In this document: piece after piece, positions 1 through 7,838 of the stretch
Position numbering within the stretch: the first letter of the stretch is position 1
Layout: every line of letters starts with the position of its first letter
Assembly: GCA_001029675.1 (NCBI GenBank)
Contig: CP011210.1
Location: 193-64,192 of the forward strand
Direction: 5' to 3'
From: Candidatus Beckwithbacteria bacterium GW2011_GWC1_49_16
GTDB taxonomy: Bacteria; Patescibacteriota; Microgenomatia; UBA1400; CG1-02-47-37
DNA: 64,000 bases
Translations under genes and position numbers: made by a program
Notes under the pieces: generated by a model
The model's input: the letters and a program-made list of their open reading frames with translations, nothing else
The model's database searches: none
What the model was told of the DNA's origin: nothing

Positions 1-590
1 TCCTTGAGGTTTCTTAGAAGGATCAAAGGAGCAATACAAGCCGTTACCACAAAGACTTTCGCAAGTTCCTTCACCTGGGCCTGCGCCTGGCGTTTGGGCA
101 CAGATTTGGGACGAGGGACACTCAATTTGGTCGTTACAGTATCCTCCCGGAGTCGCAACGCGACACTTGTCTGAATTATTGACGCAGGAGTAAATATCTT
201 TATCCCCTTCCTGTTTAACCTGACACTCTTGTCCCGGATTACAACCGGCAGCACTGCCGCACATCCCCTCAGAACCTACAAAGCACTCTCCAGTGGTTTC
301 TCGAGGACAAAACGCGTCACGTATACAGTAATAAATCTGATTAGGAAAGATGATGCTTTTATAACCTTTACATCGATAGCCTGGAAAACAACCGCCAACC
401 GTACCGCATTGACCAATCGTTCCTGTAGTGCCGCATTTAAGATCACTTTTTGCCTCGCTGCCAACCCTTTGAGAATTTTGTGCCTGAATTACCGCTAACC
501 CGAGAACCGCGACCAAAAACCCTAAGCCTAAAAGCGGTTTAAGCTTTTTATTCTTCTTAAAAAATTTCTTTAAGAATTTCACTGGTTTCA
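1..590 (-). CDS. Secreted cysteine-rich protein, C-terminally truncated by the window edge (absent from the ORF track because it has no stop)
   Basis: The reverse strand from the ATG at 590-588 reads MKPVKFLKKFFKKNKKLKPLLGLGFLVAVLGLAVIQA (a signal peptide) and then more than 150 aa with regularly spaced Cys/Gly (GTIGQCGTVGGCFPGYRC...). It is open to position 1. I translated it by hand with no stops. Confidence 0.55.
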
Positions 591-622
591 TGGTAGGCTT
601 TATGAAGTTGTTTTGTCAAGAG

Positions 623-1321
623 TTATTTACCCAAATTCTGCTGCTGTTTGGCGTACCAGTCGAGCACTTTATCAAGCTGCCCGGCGTCAAAGTCGGGGAA
701 TAAGGTGGCGGTAAAGTAGAGCTGGGCGTAGGCGGCTTGGTAAAGCATGAAGCCGGAAAAGCGCGAGTGGCCGCCGGGGCGGATGAGAAGGTCCGGGTCG
801 GGGAGGTCATGGGTGTCGAGGAAATTAGAGAAATTTTCTTCCGAAAATTTCTCTAGTTCGTAGTTCGTAGTTCGTAGTTCGTTGACAAATTTTTTGATGG
901 CGCGCAAGATTTCATCTCTGCCGCCATAGTTGATGGCAATGGTGACGGTAATTTTCTGATTATCTTTTGATTTTTGACGCCAATCTTCCAAAGATTTTTT
1001 GATGTCAGGTGGGAGCTTGGTAAGATCGCCGATTAAATTGAGCTTGGCACCCTTTTTTTGGTACTTGTCGACGTTTTCGTTAAAAAAACTTCGCAGTAAT
1101 TTGAAGTATCTATCGACCCAAGTTTTACCGCGGCGCCAGTTTTCGGTAGAAAAGACCCAGAAAGTAAGATAGGGAATTTTTAAATCAATGCAGCGGTCGA
1201 CCAAAGACTCCATGGTGACGCGGACAGCGTGTTCGTGGCCGGAAAACTCGGGCAAGTTTTTTAGTTTGGCCCAACGGCGGTTGCCGTCGGCGATGATGGC
1301 GATGTGCCGGGGAAGAGTCAT
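623..1321 (-). CDS. uppS: Undecaprenyl diphosphate synthase (cis-prenyltransferase)
   Basis: HIAIIADGNRRWA motif, and the C-terminal RPGG...SGFMLYQAAYAQLYF matches the UppS family. Confidence 0.93.
   Translation of the reverse strand: MTLPRHIAIIADGNRRWAKLKNLPEFSGHEHAVRVTMESLVDRCIDLKIPYLTFWVFSTENWRRGKTWVDRYFKLLRSFFNENVDKYQKKGAKLNLIGDLTKLPPDIKKSLEDWRQKSKDNQKITVTIAINYGGRDEILRAIKKFVNELRTTNYELEKFSEENFSNFLDTHDLPDPDLLIRPGGHSRFSGFMLYQAAYAQLYFTATLFPDFDAGQLDKVLDWYAKQQQNLGK
855..882. repeat. Exact heptad tandem repeat (AGTTCGT)x4 inside uppS; in the coding sense it is (NACGAAC)x4 and encodes NELRTTNYELE
   Basis: Read directly from the sequence at 855-882. Confidence 0.9.
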
Positions 1322-1323
1322 AG

Positions 1324-1659
1324 CTAAAAGATGTTGATGGCCAGGGTGGCCTCAAGCAGCTGGATGATCCAGTAAGAAGCAAAGATGACCAAGAAGCCAA
1401 CTAAGGCATTGACCAGCATACCCTGGCCTTTTTTGATTTTTTCCGGATTGCCGGCAGAGGTAAAAATGGTAAAGCCGCCGGCGACGATCATCCCCAGAAG
1501 AATAATGCCGGCGATGACAAAAACAAAAGGAATAACCAGGTTAATGATTTCTGCTGGGGTGGGTTTGTTGCCAAAATTCCAGCCGGAGCCGAAGATGCTC
1601 GAGTCGCCTTCGTCTATTTGGCCGATTCCTCCGGGGAATTGTAGAGCTAGTTTGGTCAT
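1324..1659 (-). CDS. TrbC/VirB2-like pilin-type small membrane protein (likely true start MTKLALQF...)
   Basis: A 111-aa protein with two hydrophobic helices and the motif FTIFTSAGNPEKIKKGQ, typical of TrbC/VirB2-like pilins. The longer 197-aa version in the ORF track is Arg-rich and unlikely; ATG at 1659. Confidence 0.55.
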   Translation of the reverse strand: MTKLALQFPGGIGQIDEGDSSIFGSGWNFGNKPTPAEIINLVIPFVFVIAGIILLGMIVAGGFTIFTSAGNPEKIKKGQGMLVNALVGFLVIFASYWIIQLLEATLAINIF

Positions 1660-2276
1660 TTGATAAACTCTGGTATTTGGAGGACGTCGACACCGATAAA
1701 GCGGAGAAGAAAAATTGAAAAAACAATGATCAGTAAACCGGAAAGGGCCGAGCCGATGATTTGTTTGCCGTCGTTGATTTTTTCCGGGTTGCCGGCGGCC
1801 AGGATGATGGTAATGCCGCCCCAGAGAGATAGGATGAAGGCAATGCCGCCGCCGGCCAAGATACCCCAGTATAAGAACCACTTGACCAAAGCGGCCGGGT
1901 CGTCTGTCGGGATACAACCTAGAGCGGTGGAAACGCCGTCACCTCCACCGGCCGCAGGACAAGGAGGAGGGGCGGTGCTGGTGCCGGGGGTAGTGCCTCC
2001 GCCGCCGGGAGAGGGGCTCGAGGCAGAACGACAGCCCCAATCACTGGGGTTGGTAATATCTCCCCCGATAAACTGGCAGGAGAAGCCCGAAGAGCAGCCA
2101 CCAGGGCAAGCGCCGCTAGGAGCGGGGGCGGTACACCACGAACATGTATCGCAAAGACCAATGGTACAATCACCAGACATACAGGTTGGAGAACAGGCTG
2201 CAAAAGCCTGCTTGGCAAAAAATAACGGGACAATTAACACCAAGCTACCTAAAAGCAGAGTTAGCAACTTTCTCAT
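1656..2276 (-). CDS. Secreted Cys-rich domain fused to a C-terminal TrbC/VirB2-like pilin domain
   Basis: Signal peptide MRKLLTLLLGSLVLIVPLFFAKQAFA, then a Cys/Gly/Pro-rich region, then AAGNPEKINDGKQ plus a transmembrane helix that is paralogous to the downstream gene. There is an ATGA start/stop overlap. Confidence 0.6.
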   Translation of the reverse strand: MRKLLTLLLGSLVLIVPLFFAKQAFAACSPTCMSGDCTIGLCDTCSWCTAPAPSGACPGGCSSGFSCQFIGGDITNPSDWGCRSASSPSPGGGGTTPGTSTAPPPCPAAGGGDGVSTALGCIPTDDPAALVKWFLYWGILAGGGIAFILSLWGGITIILAAGNPEKINDGKQIIGSALSGLLIIVFSIFLLRFIGVDVLQIPEFIK

Positions 2277-2323
2277 TACCTCAAGTTTAGCATAAGAAAG
2301 ACGATTGTTGATACAATAGAGAG

Positions 2324-4045
2324 GTGATGGGTAAATCGATAGTTAAAACCATAGTTAAAACGATAGCTTTGGTGGCAGTGTTGGCAGTAGTGGTAGTGGG
2401 GGTAAGGGCGATTGACCCGATTGACGATTTACAGCAGCAGATTAATCAGTTGTCAAGGGCGCGGGAGCAAAGCATTGCCGCTACCAAACCCTTGGAGGGC
2501 GAGCTGGCCCGGTTGACAGAGCAGCTAAACAGTATCAGGGCCGGGATCGAGCAGGCCAAGGGGCAGTTACGGGGCCTTGAGGCCAGCATTGCCGCGCGGG
2601 AAGCAGATTTTGCGGTCCAGTACGCCTTACTCTCCGAGCGGGTGGTGTCTTTTTACAAGGCCAGCCGGGCGCCGTCGGGACTGGTGCTTTTGTTGACCGG
2701 CGGGACGTCGTCAAACTTGATTTCGGACCTATTTTACCGGCAAACGGTGACTGACCAGGACAAACAGATTATCGCCCAGATTACGGCGGATTTGTTGCAG
2801 CTGGAAAAAGACAAACAAAAAGTCGAGGCGGATAGAGTCAGGTTGGCGGATTTACAGGCAAAGCTTGATAAAGAGGCGGAGTTTTTTGAGGGGGAGATTG
2901 CCGGGGCCAAGTCTTATCAGGCAAAATTGTCGCAACAGATCGCCTCACTGACGGCGCAGCAGCAGCAGATTATTGCCGCCAAACTGGGCAGTCTCAATTT
3001 GCCCCAGTCTTTGGGGGCGGGGCCTTTGTATTGTACCGACGACCGAAAACTTGACCCTGGGTTTGGCAGCGCCTTTGCTTTTTATACTTATGGTATTCCC
3101 CACAGGGTGGGGATGAACCAGTACGGGGCTTATGGCCGGTCCAAGGTAGGGCAGGATTACAGAGCGATTTTGAACGCCTACTTTAACAGTATTAGTTTTG
3201 AGGCAGGCAAGGAAAATATTCAGATTCAGGTTCAGGGGCAGGGGTCGATGCCGTTGGACGAATATTTACTGGGGATTTACGAGATGCCGGAAAGTTGGCC
3301 CTTGGAGGCGTTGAAGGCCCAGGCGGTGGCGGCCAGAAGCTATGCTTTGGCTTATACCGACAACGGCGCCAAAGAGATTTGCACCACCCAAGCGTGCCAG
3401 GTGTGGAAGCCGGAGAAGAAAACGGGTGCTTGGAAAACGGCGGTGGAGGCGACGCGGGGAGAGATTATGGTGAGCGGCGGCCAGACGGTGACGGGTTGGT
3501 ATTCTTCGACCGACGGCGGTTACACCTTTTACAACAGCGACGTTTGGGGCGGGAGCCAGCGGCCGTGGACCAAAAGAATGAGGGACACTTCGGGCGACGT
3601 CGGCGGTTTTGGCGATCTTAATGAGCGGGCTTACGACAAAGAGTCTCCGTGTTTTTATGCGGCGCAAGGTTGGAGAAATGAATACGGCAAGTCGGCCTGG
3701 CTTAAGGGTGAGGAGGTGGCCGACATTGCCAACGTGATTTTGCTGGCGAGAGCCGATTCGTCGGTACGAGCCCATCTTTATCAGGTAGACAAACCTAACC
3801 CCGAAGGCACCGATACCTGGGACGCGGCTCGCGTCAGGCAAGAGTTGTCCAGTCGAGGGGTAACGCCTTTAAGCGGAGGAGCGGGCAGTGTAGCGATCGG
3901 AGCCGATTTTGGCGAAGGCAGAACCACCCAGGTGACGGTCGACGGGGTGGCTTTTACCGGATCGGAGTTTAAAGACTGGTTTAACCTTAGGGCGCCGGCG
4001 AACATCCAGATTGTCGGGCCGCTGTATAACGTTGAAAGGAGATAA
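2324..4045 (+). CDS. SpoIID/LytB-domain protein with N-terminal TM anchor and coiled coil
   Basis: N-terminal transmembrane segment, a long Q/A/L/E-rich coiled coil, and a C-terminal domain with SpoIID-like motifs (AVAARSYAL, GWYSSTDGGYT). Confidence 0.7.
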   Translation: MMGKSIVKTIVKTIALVAVLAVVVVGVRAIDPIDDLQQQINQLSRAREQSIAATKPLEGELARLTEQLNSIRAGIEQAKGQLRGLEASIAAREADFAVQYALLSERVVSFYKASRAPSGLVLLLTGGTSSNLISDLFYRQTVTDQDKQIIAQITADLLQLEKDKQKVEADRVRLADLQAKLDKEAEFFEGEIAGAKSYQAKLSQQIASLTAQQQQIIAAKLGSLNLPQSLGAGPLYCTDDRKLDPGFGSAFAFYTYGIPHRVGMNQYGAYGRSKVGQDYRAILNAYFNSISFEAGKENIQIQVQGQGSMPLDEYLLGIYEMPESWPLEALKAQAVAARSYALAYTDNGAKEICTTQACQVWKPEKKTGAWKTAVEATRGEIMVSGGQTVTGWYSSTDGGYTFYNSDVWGGSQRPWTKRMRDTSGDVGGFGDLNERAYDKESPCFYAAQGWRNEYGKSAWLKGEEVADIANVILLARADSSVRAHLYQVDKPNPEGTDTWDAARVRQELSSRGVTPLSGGAGSVAIGADFGEGRTTQVTVDGVAFTGSEFKDWFNLRAPANIQIVGPLYNVERR

Positions 4046-4797
4046 TGGTAGACATCTTTGTGTCGGGAAAAAAGAAAGTCACCAGCAAGGTTGAACCCTC
4101 CTTCGCTGCAGCTCAGGTAAATAGCGCCAAAGGCGCTTCCCAGAAAGGGTTCAACCTTAAAAAGCCAGTGGAGCAAAAGCCAGGCTTGGGGGCAAAGTAC
4201 GTGACGGTGGAGGAGAGGCTCAAAGGGGAGAGGAGTAAACACCAGGCTCTAAGCGCTTTTTGCATTTTGCCCAGGGGGGTTAAGTTTGAAACCCAGGAAG
4301 TTAAAGAAAAGATTATTTTGCTTTTGCGCCAGCATTGGTTTACCCAGGTCGGTTGGCTGTTGACGGCACTAGCGATGGTGTTTTTGCCGGCTGCGTTGAG
4401 GGTAGTGCCGGTCATCGATTTTTTGCCGGCAAATTTCCAGTTTATGGCCATTGTTATCTGGTATCTGATCGTGATTGCTTTTGTCTATGAGAAGTTTATT
4501 TCCTGGTATTTCCATGTGTTTATCGTTACCGACGAGCGGGTGATCGACATTGATTTTTATAACTTACTTTACAAAGAGGTGAGTGAGGCCAAGATCGACA
4601 ACATCGAGGATGTGACTTACACCCAAGGCGGGGTGGCCAGAGCCGTGTTTGACTTTGGCGATGTGGCGATGCAGACGGCGGGGGAGAAGCGTGAGTTTAC
4701 CATCGAGAGCGTGCCCCAGCCTAACCGGGTGGTAAAGATTTTGAATGAATTAAAGCTCGAAGAAGAGCACGAGAAAATTATGGGGAGGGCGAGATGA
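4045..4797 (+). CDS. Membrane protein with bacterial PH (bPH_2, YdbS/YdbT-like) domain
   Basis: Two transmembrane helices followed by VTDERVIDIDF...IEDVTYTQGGV...FGDV, which is typical of bPH_2. The start overlaps the previous stop. Confidence 0.55.
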   Translation: MVDIFVSGKKKVTSKVEPSFAAAQVNSAKGASQKGFNLKKPVEQKPGLGAKYVTVEERLKGERSKHQALSAFCILPRGVKFETQEVKEKIILLLRQHWFTQVGWLLTALAMVFLPAALRVVPVIDFLPANFQFMAIVIWYLIVIAFVYEKFISWYFHVFIVTDERVIDIDFYNLLYKEVSEAKIDNIEDVTYTQGGVARAVFDFGDVAMQTAGEKREFTIESVPQPNRVVKILNELKLEEEHEKIMGRAR

Positions 4798-5048
4798 CGC
4801 CTTTTGACAAATTCATCGAGTTTATTACCCGGCAGGGAATGATTGAGTTGGAGGCGGTCATACTGGGCAAGGCGGCGGTGATCCTGTTGCTGCTACTTTA
4901 CCTGGCCTTTTCTTTGGTGGTGGTGCGGCAGGTGAATTTGATGAACAAAACCATTAACGGTTTAATGGAAAAGAGGCTTTTGGTGGCGGCCAAAGCCTTG
5001 GTGGGGCTGGCAATGGTAGTATTAATCTTAGGACTAATAGTGTTATGA
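4794..5048 (+). CDS. Small hydrophobic membrane protein
   Basis: 84-aa ORF, translationally coupled on both sides, with hydrophobic stretches. Confidence 0.4.
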   Translation: MTPFDKFIEFITRQGMIELEAVILGKAAVILLLLLYLAFSLVVVRQVNLMNKTINGLMEKRLLVAAKALVGLAMVVLILGLIVL

Positions 5049-6964
5049 AATTTAACGTGGCCAAAATTGTCGGGACGGTGAACCAAACCACTTGGTCGCA
5101 GGTGCACGTGTTTTTGCCGGAAGGGGAGAAACTTTCTAGCCATGGTCAGTTGATCGCGGCTTTGAGTTTTGCGGCCAAAAAGGAGATCGAGATTGCCTCA
5201 TTCGGTAAAGAGATAATTGTCAGACTCCAGGAGATTTATTATTCCAACGAGGCGGAAAGCAGGCTTAAAAAAGTATCCCAGAGTATGGAGAGTTTGGCGG
5301 CCGAGTTTTACAACGAGGTGGAGCTTAATATGGCGCTGGCGGTAATCGTGCCATTGGGGGAGAAAAAGCTGGTTTATGCCGGAAGAAGAGGCGGCGGGCA
5401 GGTGTATCTTAAAAGGGACGAGGCGGTGGTGGGGTTGTTGGCCGCCGAGGAAAACCAGCAGGTGGTTTCGGGCGAACTTAAGGCTTTCGACAAGCTGGTG
5501 GTGGGGACTAGTCAGTTTTTCAAGATTGTGCCGGAGAGCCATTTGGAGATGGCTTTAAAAGAGGATCGGGCCGAGGCGGCGGTGGAGAGTCTCGGGGCGC
5601 TGGTTCACGGCAGAGAGGAAAACAGCCAGGCAGCGGCAGCGGTGGTGATGCCCATTCGACAAGGCTTCGGCGGTGAGCTCAGCCCAACCGCTCAGGGTAA
5701 AGGGGTTGAGCCTGCCGACGTAAAAAGTCTATCAGCGGTGTCAAGGTTGACGGCGCTGGCGAGTTCGGCGGGGCAGAGATTTAGGGGATTAATTAAGCAA
5801 GCCGTGGAGAGAGTCAGTAAAAGAGGTGGGGCGGAAGTGTTTGTGAGACCGGGGGCGAGCCGGGGCAAAAAGTCGACGGCAACGGTGATGATCGTTTTGG
5901 TGGTGATTTTTGGCTTGAGCCTGGTGTTAGCGGGCAGGAAGCGCCAAGTTAGAGTCAGAGAGGAAAAATATCAAGCAGTGGTGGAGGAGGTAAGTTACAA
6001 GGTGGATGAAGGGGAAGGACTTTTGGAGCTTAATCCGCTTCGGGCCCGGTCGCTTTTAAGCGAAGCCCAGGGTTTGATTGACAACTACAAATCCGAGAAC
6101 GAGGGGGAGGTGAGCGGGGAGCTTTCCGATCTTGAAAAGAGGCTTGGCGATTTGTTGGCCCAGGCGCAAAGAGAGTACGCGGTAGAGTCGGCTGACGAGT
6201 GGTTTGATTTTGGTTTGGTCAAGGAAGGGTTTAAGGCGACGGCTTGGGCGAGCGACGAGGGCAAGGTGTTGATCTGGGGAGAAGGAGAGAGGACGGTGGT
6301 GGAGCTTGATTTGACCAGTAAGTCGAGCGAAATTGTGGCCGGGGGAGACGAGGTGGGGTCGGGGAACTTAATCGCTTTGACCGGAGAGCGGGGGATGGTG
6401 GTAGGGAAGGATAAAATGGTGGTGGTTGATGTCAGCGGCGGTGAGGTGGCGGCCGAGGTGGCGGCAGACGGCTGGGGCAGGATCGTGAGCGCGGTCGGCT
6501 TTGGGGGGAACCTGTATCTTCTTGACGCGGTTGATGGGGGGCAGATTTGGAAGTATTTTGGGGTGGAGGCTGGCCTGTCTGATAAGCGAGAGTATTTGGC
6601 CGGCGAAGCTTATGATTTAAGCGCGGCAGTGGCGATGGCGATCGACGCTTCTATCTATGTGTTGTTTGACGACGGGACGATTGTTAAATACACCAGAGGG
6701 GCTAAGGACGCTTTTGCGGTCACCGGGCTTAATGAACCGTTTGGCGAGCCGGTGGGTATTTTTACCGCCAGCGACCAGGACAATATCTACGTTTTGGACA
6801 GAGCCAAAACCAGAGTGGTGGTGGTAGACAAAAGCGGCGAGTACCAGGCCGAGTACCGCTGGCCGGGGATTGCCGGAGTGAAAGATTTGGTGGTGAACGA
6901 GGAGTTAGGCAAGATCTTTTTGTTGGCGGATGAAAAGGTGTTTACGCTTGATTTGAATAAATGA
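5045..6964 (+). CDS. Large hypothetical protein with central TM helix (cytoplasmic N-domain, Gly-rich extracytoplasmic C-domain)
   Basis: 639-aa ORF. A transmembrane helix at about aa 290-310 (TVMIVLVVIFGLSLVLAG) and a G/V/D-rich C-terminal region. No family recognised. Confidence 0.55.
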   Translation: MKFNVAKIVGTVNQTTWSQVHVFLPEGEKLSSHGQLIAALSFAAKKEIEIASFGKEIIVRLQEIYYSNEAESRLKKVSQSMESLAAEFYNEVELNMALAVIVPLGEKKLVYAGRRGGGQVYLKRDEAVVGLLAAEENQQVVSGELKAFDKLVVGTSQFFKIVPESHLEMALKEDRAEAAVESLGALVHGREENSQAAAAVVMPIRQGFGGELSPTAQGKGVEPADVKSLSAVSRLTALASSAGQRFRGLIKQAVERVSKRGGAEVFVRPGASRGKKSTATVMIVLVVIFGLSLVLAGRKRQVRVREEKYQAVVEEVSYKVDEGEGLLELNPLRARSLLSEAQGLIDNYKSENEGEVSGELSDLEKRLGDLLAQAQREYAVESADEWFDFGLVKEGFKATAWASDEGKVLIWGEGERTVVELDLTSKSSEIVAGGDEVGSGNLIALTGERGMVVGKDKMVVVDVSGGEVAAEVAADGWGRIVSAVGFGGNLYLLDAVDGGQIWKYFGVEAGLSDKREYLAGEAYDLSAAVAMAIDASIYVLFDDGTIVKYTRGAKDAFAVTGLNEPFGEPVGIFTASDQDNIYVLDRAKTRVVVVDKSGEYQAEYRWPGIAGVKDLVVNEELGKIFLLADEKVFTLDLNK

Positions 6965-7407
6965 AAGTTATCAACAGAAAAGCCAGGTTTAATTACGAGC
7001 TTTCCGAACGGGTGGAGGCGGGAGTGGTGCTTTCTGGGGCGGAAGTGAAAAGCGCCAAACAGGGCAAAGTGAGCCTTAATGAGAGTTTTGCCCGGGTGGA
7101 TGATAAGGGGGAGTTGTGGCTTCATAACGCCCACATTCATCCTTACCAGTTTGCCGACAACAGAAACTATGAGCCAACCAGGTCCAGAAAGCTTTTGTTA
7201 AAGAAAAAAGAGATTTTGAGTTTGGCCAAGAAGATTGAGGGGAAGAGTTTGGCTTTGGTGCCGACGGCGATGTATGTTAAAAAAGGCAGAATCAAGGTGG
7301 AGGTAGCTATTGGCCGGGGTAAGAAAAAGTGGGACAAACGCGAGGCGATTAAAAAGCGCGAGCAGCGCCGGGAGTTGGCGCGCACGATCAGAGGAAAAGT
7401 GGTATAA
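6961..7407 (+). CDS. smpB: SsrA-binding protein
   Basis: RKARFNYEL...GAEVKS...LHNAHIHPY are conserved SmpB motifs. Confidence 0.93.
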   Translation: MKVINRKARFNYELSERVEAGVVLSGAEVKSAKQGKVSLNESFARVDDKGELWLHNAHIHPYQFADNRNYEPTRSRKLLLKKKEILSLAKKIEGKSLALVPTAMYVKKGRIKVEVAIGRGKKKWDKREAIKKREQRRELARTIRGKVV

Positions 7408-7408
7408 T
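7403..7408 (+). promoter_or_regulatory. Candidate -10 box (TATAAT) immediately upstream of the tmRNA
   Basis: A TATAAT hexamer lies 11 nt before the GGGGAUG 5' end. Confidence 0.35.
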
Positions 7409-7418
7409 ATTGACTCTC

Positions 7419-7794
7419 GGGGATGATTTGATTCGACGAGATTGGCTCTTTGACACCTGCAAGCAGACTTTGGTCAGTAGTCTTAAAACATCGACCAAAA
7501 AACAGCTGTCAACACAATTGCCAGCAAAGTAAAGACTTTCATTGCGGAAGCATTTGAAGTTTTTACTCCTTCTCGCTTAGCTTTGGCTGTAGCGTAAGGC
7601 ATTCTGGCCCACTTTGTTTGCGGAGTCGGGTCAGGGTGTAAACAAACACAAACCGTAAGCTAGCAGTTGACTCGGGCTAGCCCAAATTAAGAGTCAAACT
7701 TTTCTCCCACGAAGCCTCGGCGGAGTGGGATAAGCTTGTAGACGGTTAAAAGACTTTTTCTCGGACGAGGGCTCATTACCCTCCATCTCCACCC
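7419..7794 (+). ncRNA. ssrA: tmRNA (transfer-messenger RNA)
   Basis: The 5' end GGGGATGATTTGATTCGACG matches the tmRNA consensus. The 3' end GGACGAGGGCTCATTACCCTCCATCTCCACC gives a T-arm plus an acceptor that pairs with the 5' end, including G3:U70. There is an internal tag ORF ending ...SRLALAVA-TAA. It sits directly downstream of smpB and is about 376 nt long. Confidence 0.75.
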
Positions 7795-7809
7795 CGTTTT
7801 ATAATAAAA

Positions 7810-7838
7810 CACCTGCCACTGGCAGGTGTATTATTTTA
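7810..7838 (+). terminator. Intrinsic terminator after the tmRNA
   Basis: CACCTGCC-act-GGCAGGTG hairpin followed by TATTATTTT. Confidence 0.55.

Noticed and set aside
229-498. Plus-strand ORF (89 aa) and minus-strand ORF 276-464 from the ORF track
   Set aside because: Both are out of frame with, and overlap, the much longer hand-translated minus-strand Cys-rich secreted protein (1-590), which has a clean signal peptide. The track ORFs have odd composition.
1324-1917. 197-aa version of the pilin gene with an Arg/His/Pro-rich N-terminus
   Set aside because: The N-terminal 86 aa are low-complexity and overlap the upstream gene. The ATG at 1659 gives a typical TrbC-like length of 111 aa.
1660-2295. 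Plus-strand 211-aa ORF antisense to the Cys-rich pilin fusion
   Set aside because: Pro/Gly/Ala-rich mirror ORF of a GC-rich coding region; the minus-strand gene has a signal peptide and pilin module.
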